Source: Anaerolineae bacterium (lineage in GTDB: Bacteria > Chloroflexota > Anaerolineae > S140-20). Taken from it: a stretch of DNA of 64,000 nt. Position numbers and translations under genes: made by a program. This document shows, piece by piece, positions 40,113 through 50,306 of this stretch. Where the stretch lies: contig JALUTT010000132.1 of the NCBI GenBank assembly GCA_027021705.1, positions 1 to 64,000 on the forward strand, read 5' to 3'. Each line of letters begins with the position of its first letter. Position 1 is the stretch's first letter. The notes under the pieces are model-generated. The model had not been told where the DNA came from. It was given only the letters and a program-made list of their open reading frames with translations, and did no database searches.

Positions 40113-40738
40113 AGGAACGCCTGGAGGAACGCCTGGACCGGCTTCCAGCGCCGGCGGTGGATGGGACTGACGCCCAGCCGGGCCAGGGCTTCCCGGTGCT
40201 GTCGGGTGCCGTACCCCTTGTGGCGGGCGAAGCCGTAGCCGGGGTAACGGGCGTCCAGCGCGACCATCCGGCGGTCACGGCTCACCTTGGCGACGATGCT
40301 GGCGGCGGCGACGGAGAGGGAGCAGGCGTCGGCCTTGGGCAGCGAACGCTGGGGCAGCGGGACCTCCGGCAGCGTGAGGTAGTCCAGCAGCAGCGCGTCG
40401 GGAGCCGGTCGGAGCCCCTCCAGGGCCCGGGCCATCGCCAGGCGGGTGGCGGCGACGATCCCCAGGGTGTCAATCTCCTCCGGCCCGGCCCAGCCGATGC
40501 CGACGGCCAGGGCGACCTGCCGGATGCGGGGGAGCAAGGCTTCCCGCGCCTCCGGCGTCAGGGCCTTGGAGTCGGTCACGCCGTCCAGCGCCTCCCCCAG
40601 GTCTGGGCGGTCCGGCGGCAGGATGACGGCGGCAGCGTAGACGGGGCCGGCCCAAGCTCCCCGCCCCGCCTCGTCCAGGCCGGCGACGTAGCGGTAGCCG
40701 GCCTCCCAGAGTGTCCGTTCCTCCCGTAAGTCCGGCAT
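40109..40738 (-). CDS. rnhB: Ribonuclease HII
   Basis: GLDEAGRG, DSKAL, AAASIVAKVSRD and HKGYGT. Confidence 0.96.
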   Translation of the reverse strand: MPDLREERTLWEAGYRYVAGLDEAGRGAWAGPVYAAAVILPPDRPDLGEALDGVTDSKALTPEAREALLPRIRQVALAVGIGWAGPEEIDTLGIVAATRLAMARALEGLRPAPDALLLDYLTLPEVPLPQRSLPKADACSLSVAAASIVAKVSRDRRMVALDARYPGYGFARHKGYGTRQHREALARLGVSPIHRRRWKPVQAFLQAFL

Positions 40739-40766
40739 TGGGCTATCTCCGACGACCGCCGACCGA

Positions 40767-40915
40767 GCGGCTTAGCGGCTAGCGGCCTAGCGACCTGGCG
40801 GCGGACTGGAGGACCAAGGACTGAGGGGCAAGGGGCAGGGGGCAAGGGGCAAGGGACCACCCGACCACCTGACCACCTGACCAAGCGACCACCCGACCAA
40901 GCGACCACCCGACTA
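40767..40915. repeat. Composite minisatellite: AGGGGCA heptamers x4 plus GACCANNN octamers x8
   Basis: Heptamers at 40824-40851; GACCA every 8 bp from 40855 to 40911. Inverted counterpart of 11211-11308. Confidence 0.88.
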
Positions 40916-41647
40916 ATCGTAGAGGCCGCGCTTACCGTTGCGCCGCACCTGGAGCACCTCCCGGAACATCCGCCAGGCGTCGCGCAGGGGGTTGACCCGG
41001 CTGTTCTCCCCGTAGTACCAGTTGATGGGCACCTCGACGATGCGGTAGCCCCGCCGTCGGGCGACGTAGAGGATCTCCACGTCGAAGCCGAAACCGTCCA
41101 GCGTCTGGACGGCGAAGAGGTCGCGGGCCACCTCCCGGCGAAAGCACTTGAAGCCGCACTGGGTGTCCTGGATGCCGGGAACGGCCAGCAGGCGGACGAT
41201 GAGGTTGAAGACCCGGCCCATCAGGTGGCGGTAGAAGGGCTCGTTGTAGCGCCGGGCCCCCGGTGCTTCCCGCGAGGCGATGGCCACGTCGAAATCGGTG
41301 AGGACAGGAGGGAGGAACTTGCGGACCTCCTCGATGGGCATCGCCAGGTCGGCATCGCAGATGAAAAGGAACTCCCCACGGCCCGTCAGCATCCCCTTCT
41401 TGACCGCCGCCCCTTTTCCCCGCCGCTCCTCCCGCAGGAGCGAGATGAAGGGGTAACGGGCCGCAAACTCCCGGACGATCTCCGCCGTGCGGTCGGTGCT
41501 GGCGTTGTCCACCACCAGCACCTCGACATCGTAGTCCTGGGCTTCGACGAAGGCCGCCACTTGGGGCAGCGTCGTCGGCAGCCGCCGCTCTTCGTTGTAA
41601 GCCGGAATGATGATGGAGAGAAAAGGTCGCTTGTCGCTGATGGTCAT
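40913..41647 (-). CDS. GT2 glycosyltransferase (polyprenol-phosphate glycosyltransferase-like)
   Basis: IIPAYNEE, VDNASTD, CDAD, DTQCGFK and FGFDVEIL. Confidence 0.93.
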   Translation of the reverse strand: MTISDKRPFLSIIIPAYNEERRLPTTLPQVAAFVEAQDYDVEVLVVDNASTDRTAEIVREFAARYPFISLLREERRGKGAAVKKGMLTGRGEFLFICDADLAMPIEEVRKFLPPVLTDFDVAIASREAPGARRYNEPFYRHLMGRVFNLIVRLLAVPGIQDTQCGFKCFRREVARDLFAVQTLDGFGFDVEILYVARRRGYRIVEVPINWYYGENSRVNPLRDAWRMFREVLQVRRNGKRGLYD

Positions 41648-42624
41648 CCCCTCCTGACGTGTGGTTCCTGGTAATCGCCCATAATGGATTCCAGGTAGGC
41701 GTCGTCCACCCGACGGGTGGCCTGGACGCTCCGGCGTTTGTGGAGCATTCGGGGGAGCCCCAGGAGGCCAGCCACCTGCCCCCGCAGCCGCGCCCGGGCC
41801 TCCCGCCCCCGCCAGGCCCGCAGCGCCTCGCCGGCGATGCGCCCCTGGGCCCGCAGGATCGCCCGCCAGTGCCGACGCCAGAGGGAGCCGGGGTAGTCCT
41901 TGGCCAGCAGGTAGATGAAGTTGCGCCCATCATAGAAGCTGGCGGTCACCCCGCCCCCCGTCGCGCTCAGCTTGTGGTAGACGAGGGCCTGGGGCAGGTA
42001 GAGGACCCGCCAGCCGGCCAACTGGGCCCGCCAGGCCAGGTCCACGTCCTCGCAGGAGTAGAAGAAGGCTTCGTCCAGCAGCCCGATCTCCCGCAGCATC
42101 GTCCGCCGGTAGGCGGCGCTCCCCCCGCAGGCGCTGAAGACGTACCCTTCCTCGTCGTACTGCCCCTCATCCCGCTCCCAAACGCCCCGGTTGCCGGGGA
42201 TGCCGTCGAGACGGTAGAAATCACCGGCGGTGTGCAGCACCTCCCGGCGGTCGAAGAGGCGCATCTTGCTGGCGATGATCCCCACCTCGGGATGACGGGC
42301 GAAGCCATCGGCGATGGCCGCCAGCCAACCGGGGTCCGCCTCGGTGTCGTTGTTCAGCAGGACGACGATCTCCCCCCGCGCGGCCCGCATCCCGGCGTTG
42401 CAGGCGCCGGCGAAGCCCCGGTTCTCCCCCAGCGCCAGCAGCCGCACCTCGGGGTAGCGCCGGGCGAGCAGGGCCTGGGAGCCGTCGGTGGAGCCGTTGT
42501 CGGCGACGATGACCTCGAAGCGGGGGTAGCGTTGTCGGCGCAGGCTCTCCAGGCAGTCGGGCAGGTGGTGGGCTCCGTTCCAGTTGGGGATCACCACCGA
42601 GATGAGGGGCGACGACGGGCTCAT
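41644..42624 (-). CDS. GT2 glycosyltransferase (rhamnosyltransferase-like)
   Basis: VVIPNWNG, DNGSTDGS, LLNNDTE and EDVDLAWR; adjacent to rfbD. Confidence 0.92.
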   Translation of the reverse strand: MSPSSPLISVVIPNWNGAHHLPDCLESLRRQRYPRFEVIVADNGSTDGSQALLARRYPEVRLLALGENRGFAGACNAGMRAARGEIVVLLNNDTEADPGWLAAIADGFARHPEVGIIASKMRLFDRREVLHTAGDFYRLDGIPGNRGVWERDEGQYDEEGYVFSACGGSAAYRRTMLREIGLLDEAFFYSCEDVDLAWRAQLAGWRVLYLPQALVYHKLSATGGGVTASFYDGRNFIYLLAKDYPGSLWRRHWRAILRAQGRIAGEALRAWRGREARARLRGQVAGLLGLPRMLHKRRSVQATRRVDDAYLESIMGDYQEPHVRRG

Positions 42625-43463
42625 CCGTACCCCGTGACCTCCAGGAAGTCGGCCACGGCCTCCTGCCAGGGGCGCAGCCGGATGCCCAAGGCGGCCGCAG
42701 CCGTGTTGCGCAGCGGGGTGTAGGGCGGCACGCGGGAGGCACGGGGGTAGTCGGCCAGGGTGATCGCCTCCACGGGGACCTGCTCCCGGCCCGTCAGGCG
42801 CAGGATCTCGCGGGCGAAGTCGTAGCGGGAGGTCACGCCCTCGTTGACCAGGTGGTAGACGCCGTAGGCCCCGGTGCCGATGAGGGCGACGATGGCCTCG
42901 GCCAGGTCGGCGGCGTAGGTGGGGGAGCCCACCTCGTCGGTCACGACCCGCAGAGCACCCCGCTCGTCGGCCAGTTGCACGATCCGGTGGGGAAAGTTGC
43001 GCCCGCCGGCGGCGTAGAGCCAGGCAGTGCGGACGATGTAGAAGCGGTCCAGGAGATTCTGGACGTACCACTCGCCGGCCCGCTTGGAGCGCCCGTAGGG
43101 GTTGATGGGGCGCGGGGTGTCCCATTCGTCGTAGGGCTCGCCCTTGCTCCCGTCGAAGACCTCGTTGGTGCTGACGTAAAGCAGGGCTGCGCCAACGGCC
43201 TGGCAGGCCAGGACGACGTTCTGGGTGCCCAACCCGTTGACCCGGTACGCTGCTTCAGGGTCCCGGGCACAGCCCTCCACGTCGGTCATCGCCGCACAGT
43301 GGATGACCAGGTGGGGGGCGAAGTCGGCGATCGCCTGGGTGATCGCTTGGCGGTTGGTGATGTCGTGGTCGGGCCGGCCCACGCCCATCACCTCCTCGTC
43401 CTTCAGGAGGGCCATCAGGGCCCGGCCCAACTGCCCCCGGTGTCCGGTGATCAGAATGCGCAT
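42621..43463 (-). CDS. rfbD: dTDP-4-dehydrorhamnose reductase
   Basis: [28 protein letters not shown] and GSPT. Confidence 0.94.
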   Translation of the reverse strand: MRILITGHRGQLGRALMALLKDEEVMGVGRPDHDITNRQAITQAIADFAPHLVIHCAAMTDVEGCARDPEAAYRVNGLGTQNVVLACQAVGAALLYVSTNEVFDGSKGEPYDEWDTPRPINPYGRSKRAGEWYVQNLLDRFYIVRTAWLYAAGGRNFPHRIVQLADERGALRVVTDEVGSPTYAADLAEAIVALIGTGAYGVYHLVNEGVTSRYDFAREILRLTGREQVPVEAITLADYPRASRVPPYTPLRNTAAAALGIRLRPWQEAVADFLEVTGYG

Positions 43464-43606
43464 CGTTCGCTCTCGTGAGGGTGCTTGCTCGTCGCTCTTT
43501 CCGGCGGTTCCACCCCTGGCTCCCACGCTCTGCGTGGAATGGTCCAACCTCGGGGCGGTCCGTTGACCGGGGGGATTATAACACAGGGGCCGGAGAAGGA
43601 AAAGCG

Positions 43607-43635
43607 TTGTCGGGCAGGGGGGAGTGTGTTAGAAT
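43607..43635 (+). promoter_or_regulatory. Putative promoter of trmD (a divergent extended -10 for rfbD lies at 43575-43583)
   Basis: TTGTCG-17 bp-TAGAAT on plus; TGTTATAAT on minus. Confidence 0.6.
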
Positions 43636-43654
43636 TCCGGCAGGAGGTGACCGG

Positions 43655-44422
43655 ATGCGCTTCGACGTCTTCACCCTCTTCCCGGAGATCTTCGAGAGCC
43701 CCCTGCAGGTGAGCATCCTCAAGCGGGCCCAGGAGATGGGGCGGCTGGAGGTGGTGCTCCACAACATCCGCGACTACGCGACGGACAAGCACCACGTCAC
43801 CGACGACACACCCTACGGAGGCGGCGGAGGGATGGTGATGAAGCCGGAGCCCATCTTCGCCGCCGTGGAGAGCGTGCTGGGAGAGGCGCTGGGGGAGGTG
43901 CCGGTGATCCTGCTCACGCCCCAGGGCCGGCTCTTTACCCAGGACGTGGCCCGGGAGCTGGCCCGCCACGAGCGCATCGCCCTCATCTGCGGGCGCTACG
44001 AGGGGGTGGACGAGCGGGTGCGTCAGCACCTGGCTACCGATGAGATCTCCATCGGGGACTACGTGCTCACGGGGGGGGAGCTGCCGGCCCTGGTGATCAT
44101 TGACGCCGTGACGCGGCTCCTCCCCGGGGTGCTGGGTGATCCGGGGGCGCTGATCGAGGACTCCCACACCTGGGGGCTGCTGGAGTATCCCCACTACACC
44201 CGGCCGGCCGTCTTCCGAGGGTGGGCGGTGCCGGAGGTGTTGCGCTCCGGCCACCACGCCGAGATCGCCCGCTGGCGGCGGCAGCAGGCCCTGCGCCGGA
44301 CCTGGGAGCGCCGGCCCGACCTGCTGGCGAAAGCGGCCCTCAGCGAGGAAGATCGCGCCTTCCTGCAAACCTTGGGATGGAATGCGGGTGATGAGTTGGT
44401 CAACGAATGGGAGAACGAATAA
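43655..44422 (+). CDS. trmD: tRNA (guanine-N1)-methyltransferase
   Basis: [34 protein letters not shown] and [10 protein letters not shown]. Confidence 0.98.
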   Translation: MRFDVFTLFPEIFESPLQVSILKRAQEMGRLEVVLHNIRDYATDKHHVTDDTPYGGGGGMVMKPEPIFAAVESVLGEALGEVPVILLTPQGRLFTQDVARELARHERIALICGRYEGVDERVRQHLATDEISIGDYVLTGGELPALVIIDAVTRLLPGVLGDPGALIEDSHTWGLLEYPHYTRPAVFRGWAVPEVLRSGHHAEIARWRRQQALRRTWERRPDLLAKAALSEEDRAFLQTLGWNAGDELVNEWENE

Positions 44423-44551
44423 ACGAATGGCAGATGACTTGGTGGAATGGGAAGCTTATCACCAAGCCTATCAAGAGTGGTTAGAACGCTGGGCGGCGTG
44501 ATCGCAACCGCCCGGAAAGCACGTGATAGAATCATCACTGGGAGTTGAGAA

Positions 44552-44857
44552 ATGACAACGAAGATACGGCAGACACAAGCAGATTTGGTGAAAGCTATTA
44601 CTGACATCGCCTCATCCATGCCGCTGGCGCGAACAGTGCAACTCTATCAGTTCGCGCTTTTCCTCAAGACACATCCACTGCCCACCGAAGAAACATTTGA
44701 AGAAATCGCGGCAGACGAGGCACTATGGGATGCGCAATTTGCGGCGACTGACAATGACAAGTTGGCCGCGCTAGTGGCGGCAGTCGAAGCTGAAATCAAC
44801 GAAGGGAAAACGTTGCCGATGTTCGATGAACACGGCGAATTCATCGAACACCAATGA
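44552..44857 (+). CDS. Putative antitoxin
   Basis: Acidic 101-aa protein (EALWDAQFA...EGKT), ATGA-coupled to the toxin, in lower-GC DNA. TGATAGAAT extended -10 at 44524-44532. Confidence 0.75.
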   Translation: MTTKIRQTQADLVKAITDIASSMPLARTVQLYQFALFLKTHPLPTEETFEEIAADEALWDAQFAATDNDKLAALVAAVEAEINEGKTLPMFDEHGEFIEHQ

Positions 44858-45117
44858 AATCGCAAACGACCAAATCGTTCTGGAAACATTATTGGGCCTT
44901 GCCTCCAGAAATCCGCCAACGCGCGCGGAAAGCCTACAAGCTATGGAGAGATAATCCGGCGCATCCCAGCCTTTTCTTCAAGCGGGTGAAAAAAGGCCAA
45001 CCGGTCTATTCGGTTCGCATTGGCTTGGGATATAGAGCGCTCGGATTGCTCAAGGCGGATACGATTACCTGGTTTTGGATTGGCACCCACGATGAGTATG
45101 ACCGCCTTCTCAAGTGA
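44854..45117 (+). CDS. ParE/RelE-like toxin
   Basis: Basic 87-aa protein with HPSLFFKRV, YSVRIGLGYRALG and WFWIGTHDEYD. Confidence 0.85.
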   Translation: MKSQTTKSFWKHYWALPPEIRQRARKAYKLWRDNPAHPSLFFKRVKKGQPVYSVRIGLGYRALGLLKADTITWFWIGTHDEYDRLLK

Positions 45118-45213
45118 GCGAAGCAAATTCGTCGCCAAGTCGTCGCCCAACACGCGCTTGCACCTCTCGGAGGTGCTGAAAGAAATAGAGAGCGAGCTCA
45201 AGGAGGACGCTTG

Positions 45214-46473
45214 ATGAGCGGTATGACGTTCGCGGAGAAGGTGCTGGTCCGCAAGGCCGGCCTAGAGCGAGTGGTCCCCGGCCAGATCGTCGAGATCACG
45301 CCGGATGTGGCCCTCAGCCACGACAACACCGCCCCCATCGCCGAGATCTTCCGCTCGCTGGGGGTGGAGCGGGTTTTCAACCCGGAGATGCACGCCATCT
45401 TCCTGGACCACGCTTCCCCACCGCCGACGACGAAGCACGCCCAGAACCACAAGGAGATACGGGAGTTCGTGCGCCGGCAGGGCATCCGTCACTTCTTCGA
45501 GGTGGGGCGGGGCATCTGCCACCAGGTGCTGGTAGAAGAGGGGCTGGCCCTGCCGGGAGAGGTGGTGCTGGGCTCCGACAGCCACACCCCCCACGCCGGC
45601 GTGATGGGGGCCTTCGGTGCAGGGATCGGTCGCAGTGAGATGGCCGCCCTCTGGGCCACGGGACGCATCTGGCTGATGGTGCCGGCCAGCATCAAACTGG
45701 TCATCCACGGCCGGCTCCCTCCCGACGTCACCAGCAAGGACCTGGCCCTGCGGGTGATCGGCGATCTGGGGGCCGATGGCGCCCTCTACAAGTCGGTGGA
45801 GTGGCACGGCGAGGCCATCGAGGCGATGTCGCTGGAGAGCCGGGCCGTGCTGCCCAACATGATGGCCGAGATGGGGGCCAAGAACAGCTACATCCCGCCG
45901 GACCAGGTGGTCTTCGACTACCTGGAAGGGCGGGCCAAGCGGCCCTACACCCCCATCTACCCCGACCCCGACGCCACCTACGAGGCGGTCTACGAGTACG
46001 ACGCGGCGACGCTGGAGCCGATGGTCGCCCGGCCCCACACGGTGGACAACGTCGTGCCCCTCTCCCAACTGGGGCGGGTGCGGGTGGATCAGGCCTTCAT
46101 CGGCACCTGTACCAACGGGCGGCTGGAGGACCTGGCAGCAGCGGCGGCCGTCCTCAAGGGGCGGCGGGTGGCCCCCGGCACCCGGCTCATCGTCATCCCG
46201 GCCTCCTCCCAGGTCTACCTCCAGGCCCTGGAGGCGGGCTACATCCAGACCTTCATCGAGGCCGGCGCGGTGGTGGACAGCCCCGGCTGCGGCCCCTGTA
46301 TGGGCAACCACCTGGGCATCCCTGCGCCGGGTGAGGTCACCATCAGCACGGCCAACCGGAACTTCCGGGGGCGGATGGGAACCAAGGAGAGCGAGATCTA
46401 CCTGGCCAGCCCCGCCGTCGTCGCCGCCAGCGCCGTCGCCGGCTACATCACCCGCCCTGAGGCGCTGGACTAG
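45214..46473 (+). CDS. 3-isopropylmalate dehydratase/homoaconitase large subunit
   Basis: [25 protein letters not shown] and [12 protein letters not shown]. Substrate specificity not resolvable. Confidence 0.93.
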   Translation: MSGMTFAEKVLVRKAGLERVVPGQIVEITPDVALSHDNTAPIAEIFRSLGVERVFNPEMHAIFLDHASPPPTTKHAQNHKEIREFVRRQGIRHFFEVGRGICHQVLVEEGLALPGEVVLGSDSHTPHAGVMGAFGAGIGRSEMAALWATGRIWLMVPASIKLVIHGRLPPDVTSKDLALRVIGDLGADGALYKSVEWHGEAIEAMSLESRAVLPNMMAEMGAKNSYIPPDQVVFDYLEGRAKRPYTPIYPDPDATYEAVYEYDAATLEPMVARPHTVDNVVPLSQLGRVRVDQAFIGTCTNGRLEDLAAAAAVLKGRRVAPGTRLIVIPASSQVYLQALEAGYIQTFIEAGAVVDSPGCGPCMGNHLGIPAPGEVTISTANRNFRGRMGTKESEIYLASPAVVAASAVAGYITRPEALD

Positions 46474-46494
46474 CCGACTGCGGAGGCCCGGCCC

Positions 46495-47316
46495 GTGCTC
46501 GAGCGGTTCACGGTGGTCATCAAGGGAGGGGGAGACCTAGGCACCGGGGTGGCCTGGCGGCTGTGCCGGGTGGGAATGCGGGTGCTGGTCACCGAGTTGC
46601 CCCACCCCTTGGTCATCCGCCGGGCGGTCGCCTTCGCCTCGGCCGTCTACGAAGGGGCGATCACGGTGGAGGGGATCACCGCCCGTCTGGTCCAGGACGA
46701 TGCCGCCGTCGAGGCTGCCTGGGCCAGAGGCGAGGTGCCGGTCCTGGTGGACCCCGAGGGCGCGGTCATCGGCCGGCTGCGCCCTCTCGTCGTCGTGGAC
46801 GCGATTATGGCCAAGCGGAACACGGGAACCCACCGGGGCGACGCGCCCATCGTCATCGGGCTGGGGCCGGGGTTCATGGCCGGCCGGGATGTGGACGCGG
46901 TGATCGAGACCAAGCGGGGCCACTTCCTGGGCCGAGCCATCTACGAAGGCCCAGCCCAGCCCAACACCGGGGTGCCGGGGGACGTGCGGGGGGAGACGGC
47001 CCGGCGGGTGGTGCGGGCCCCGGCTGCCGGACGCTTCCACGCCCACCGACGGATCGGCGACCGGGTGCGGGCCGGCGACCTGCTGGCCGAGGTGGACGGC
47101 GTCCCCGTCCGCTCCCCCCTCGACGGCGTCCTGCGGGGCCTCCTGGCCGACGGGCTGGAGGTCACGTCGGGGATGAAGGTAGGCGACGTGGACCCCCGAG
47201 GCGTCGTCGAGCACTGCTTCACCATCTCCGACAAGGCCCTGGCCGTCGGCGGGGGCGTCCTGGAGGCGATCCTCGTCCTGGCCCGCCGGAAAGGGGTGGG
47301 GGCACCCGATGGGTGA
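46495..47316 (+). CDS. yqeB: Selenium-dependent molybdenum hydroxylase system protein YqeB
   Basis: KGGGDLGTGVA, IRRAVAF, IETKRGH, KVGDVDPR and ISDKA. Confidence 0.9.
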   Translation: MLERFTVVIKGGGDLGTGVAWRLCRVGMRVLVTELPHPLVIRRAVAFASAVYEGAITVEGITARLVQDDAAVEAAWARGEVPVLVDPEGAVIGRLRPLVVVDAIMAKRNTGTHRGDAPIVIGLGPGFMAGRDVDAVIETKRGHFLGRAIYEGPAQPNTGVPGDVRGETARRVVRAPAAGRFHAHRRIGDRVRAGDLLAEVDGVPVRSPLDGVLRGLLADGLEVTSGMKVGDVDPRGVVEHCFTISDKALAVGGGVLEAILVLARRKGVGAPDG

Positions 47317-48526
47317 GCGGCAGCCCCTGGCCCTCTACGTGCACATCCCCTTCTGCAAATCCCGCTGTGCCTATTGCGACTTCAACACCTACGCCGGCCT
47401 GAGCGCCCTCCTCGCCCCTTACGTCCGGGCCCTCGTGCGGGAGATTCGGATGTGGGGGGAGCGGCTGGCCGACGGTGGCCCCCCCATCCCCATCCGCACC
47501 CTCTACATCGGCGGGGGCACGCCTTCCCTCCTGCCCCCTTCCCTCCTCGCCCAGGTCCTGGAGGCCTGCCGAGAAGCCTTCCACCTGCTCCCCGACGCCG
47601 AGGTCTCGCTGGAGGCCAACCCGGAGACGGTGGATCAGGAGAGCCTGACCGCCCTGCGGACCCTGGGGGTCAACCGGCTCAGCCTGGGCCTCCAGAGCAC
47701 CCACGCCGACGAACTTCGCCTCCTGGGCCGTCGGCACACCTTTGAGGACGCGGTCCGGGCCGTCCAGGCGGCGCGACAGGCCGGCTTCGACAACCTCAAC
47801 CTGGACCTCATCTACGGGCTGCCGGGCCAGAGGGTGAACCGCTGGCGGCGCTCCCTGGAGCGGGTGCTGGCCCTGGAGCCGGAACACCTCTCCGCCTACA
47901 GCCTGACGGTCGAGGAAGGAACGCCCCTCTACGACCGGGTGGCGGCCGGTCGTCTCCCCCCGCCCGACCCGGACCGGGCGGCGGAGATGTACGAGCTGGC
48001 CGAGGGAATGCTGGCGGGGGCCGGCTACGTCCACTACGAGATCTCCAACTGGGCCCGTCTTTCCCAACCCTCCTCGGGGGGTCCGGCCCCTCCCTCGGTG
48101 CGCGAGCCCTCCCCCTTCGTCTGCCGTCACAACCTGGTCTACTGGCGGAACGAGCCCTACCTGGGGGTGGGGGCCGGGGCCCACAGCTTCCTCGAGGGCC
48201 GGCGCTGGCACAACGTCCTGGCCCCGGCCCACTACATCGCCCGACTGGAGGGGGGAGCGCTCCCCATCGCCCAGGTCGAGGAACTCTCGCCGGAGATGGC
48301 GATGGCCGAGACGATGATCCTGGGGCTGCGCCTGCTGGTGGAGGGCGTCTCCTGCGAGGGATTTCGGCGCTGCTTCGGTCGGCACCCCCTGGAGCAGTAC
48401 GGAGAGGCCATCGAGGAGATGGTCGGGGTGGGCCTGCTGACCGTGGACGGGGACCGGATTCGCCTGACGGACCGGGGACGGCTGCTGGGCAACGAGGTCT
48501 TCGTCCGTTTCCTGCCGGAGGGGTGA
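47309..48526 (+). CDS. hemW: Radical SAM heme chaperone (HemN-like)
   Basis: YVHIPFCKSRCAYCDF, GGGTPS, YEISNW and HNLVYW. Confidence 0.92.
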   Translation: MGERQPLALYVHIPFCKSRCAYCDFNTYAGLSALLAPYVRALVREIRMWGERLADGGPPIPIRTLYIGGGTPSLLPPSLLAQVLEACREAFHLLPDAEVSLEANPETVDQESLTALRTLGVNRLSLGLQSTHADELRLLGRRHTFEDAVRAVQAARQAGFDNLNLDLIYGLPGQRVNRWRRSLERVLALEPEHLSAYSLTVEEGTPLYDRVAAGRLPPPDPDRAAEMYELAEGMLAGAGYVHYEISNWARLSQPSSGGPAPPSVREPSPFVCRHNLVYWRNEPYLGVGAGAHSFLEGRRWHNVLAPAHYIARLEGGALPIAQVEELSPEMAMAETMILGLRLLVEGVSCEGFRRCFGRHPLEQYGEAIEEMVGVGLLTVDGDRIRLTDRGRLLGNEVFVRFLPEG

Positions 48527-48587
48527 GGGGGAGGCGAGGCAATGAGGGATAGGGCGACGAGGAGATGAGGGGATAGGGAGGGGAAGG

Positions 48588-49400
48588 ATGCCGGAAGTTT
48601 TCGTCGTTTCCGATGCCACGGGCACCACGGCGGAGCGGGCTGTCCGGGCAGCCTTGGTTCAGTTTGAGGACCCCCAGGTGACCATCACCCGCTACGGTGG
48701 CGTGCGCACACCGGAGCAGGTGCGCGAGATCGTCCTCCAGGCGGCCAAGGCCGGCGGCTTCATCGTTCACACCTTGGTCTCGGCCGAGATGCGGCGGATT
48801 ATGCTGGAGGAAGGGCGGAACCACAACGTGGCCACCATTGACCTGATGGGGCCGCTGCTGGCCCGGCTGACCGAACTGCTCTCCATACCGCCCCGGGCCC
48901 AGCCGGGGGGATTCCGTCCCTTCGACGCCGGCTACACCCGGCGCATCGAGGCCATCGAGTTCACCGTCCGCCACGACGATGGGCGCAATGTTGACGACCT
49001 GGACCAGGCGGAGATCGTGCTGGTGGGCGTCTCCCGCACCTCCAAGACCCCGCTGAGCATCTACCTGGCCTACCGGGGCTGGAAGGTGGCCAACGTGCCC
49101 ATCGTCCTGGGCGTGGAGCCGCCTTCCCAGCTCTTCCGGCTCCCCCGACGGCGGGTGGTCGCCCTCACCGTCCAGCCGGAGCGGCTGGCCGCCCTGCGCC
49201 GGGTGCGGGCGGAACGGATGGGCACTGCCGGCTGGCAGTACGCCGACCTGGATCACATCCGCCGGGAGGTGGCCTACGCCTACGAGATCTTCGACCGACG
49301 GCGCGACTGGCCCATCGTGGATGTCACGACCAAGCCCATTGAGGAGGCGGCCGCCGAAGTCGTCGCTCTGATCGGGGGGCATCCCGAAGAGGCGGATTAG
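48588..49400 (+). CDS. PEP synthase / pyruvate phosphate dikinase regulatory protein (DUF299)
   Basis: VSDATGTTAE, HDDG and GVSRTSKTPLSIYLA. Confidence 0.93.
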   Translation: MPEVFVVSDATGTTAERAVRAALVQFEDPQVTITRYGGVRTPEQVREIVLQAAKAGGFIVHTLVSAEMRRIMLEEGRNHNVATIDLMGPLLARLTELLSIPPRAQPGGFRPFDAGYTRRIEAIEFTVRHDDGRNVDDLDQAEIVLVGVSRTSKTPLSIYLAYRGWKVANVPIVLGVEPPSQLFRLPRRRVVALTVQPERLAALRRVRAERMGTAGWQYADLDHIRREVAYAYEIFDRRRDWPIVDVTTKPIEEAAAEVVALIGGHPEEAD

Positions 49401-49433
49401 GAGAGGGGGAGAGATTGAGGGCCGCCGGAAGGG

Positions 49434-50306
49434 CTATTCGGGAGAGGCCGTGAGGCGGCTGAAGAGGGCTTCCAGCTCTTCGTCGGAGTAGAAGTGGATG
49501 ACGATGCGCCCCCCCTTCTTGCCCCGCTGTAGGGTGACCTTGGTCCCCAGAGCCTCCCGCAGGCGGGCCTCCAGGGCTTGAACCTCCGGTGGGGGGGAGG
49601 GCGTCGGTCTGGTGGGGGCCTCCTCCTGGCCTTGCAACCGGCGCACCAGGGCCTCCGTCTGCCGGACGCTGAGCCCCTGCTTCACGACGGTCTGCAGGAC
49701 CGCCGCCTGGGCGTCCTCGCTCTCCAGGGCCAGCAGCGCCCGGGCGTGCCCCTCGCGGATCTGGCCGGCCAGCAGCGCCTCCTGCACGGCCGGGCTGGCC
49801 TTCAGCAGCCGCAGCGTGTTGGTCACGGCCACCCGGCTCTTCCCCACCCGTTGGGCCACCTCCGCCTGGGTCAGACCGAACTCCTCGATGAGCTGCCGGT
49901 AGGCCGAGGCCTCTTCCAGGGGGTTCAGGTCGGCCCGCTGGAGGTTCTCCACCAGCGCCAACTCCAGCATCTCGCGGGGGGCGGCCTCTTTGACGATGGC
50001 CGGGACGGTGGTGAGCCCGGCCATCTGGGCCGCTCGCCAGCGCCGCTCGCCGGCGATGAGCCGATACCGCGCCTCGCCGGACTCACCGGCCTCGGGGAGC
50101 CGGGTGACGATGAGGGGCTGGATAAGGCCATGCTCCCGGATGGAAGCGGCCAACTCCTCCAGGCTCTCGGGCTGGAGGGCGGTGCGGGGCTGATGGGGGT
50201 TGGGGAGGATGGCCTCCACGGGGACCTCGACGAGCCCCGACGGGTGGGACGGCCCTCCTGGGATCAGGGCGTCCAGCCCCCGGCCCAGACCGCGCTTACG
50301 GGGCAT
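49434..50306 (-). CDS. parB: Chromosome partitioning protein ParB
   Basis: GLGRGLDAL, NPHQPR, IAGERRWRAA, ENLQRADL and an HTH. Confidence 0.97.
   Translation of the reverse strand: MPRKRGLGRGLDALIPGGPSHPSGLVEVPVEAILPNPHQPRTALQPESLEELAASIREHGLIQPLIVTRLPEAGESGEARYRLIAGERRWRAAQMAGLTTVPAIVKEAAPREMLELALVENLQRADLNPLEEASAYRQLIEEFGLTQAEVAQRVGKSRVAVTNTLRLLKASPAVQEALLAGQIREGHARALLALESEDAQAAVLQTVVKQGLSVRQTEALVRRLQGQEEAPTRPTPSPPPEVQALEARLREALGTKVTLQRGKKGGRIVIHFYSDEELEALFSRLTASPE

Noticed and set aside
43478..43540. T-box-like GGGUGGAACCGC with a possible CCCU partner in the rfbD leader
   Set aside because: There is no room for Stem I after the predicted promoter, no terminator, and the downstream gene is not amino-acid related.
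46495..47316. Selenocysteine read-through in or near yqeB
   Set aside because: No in-frame TGA interrupts a recognisable domain in this gene or its neighbours.
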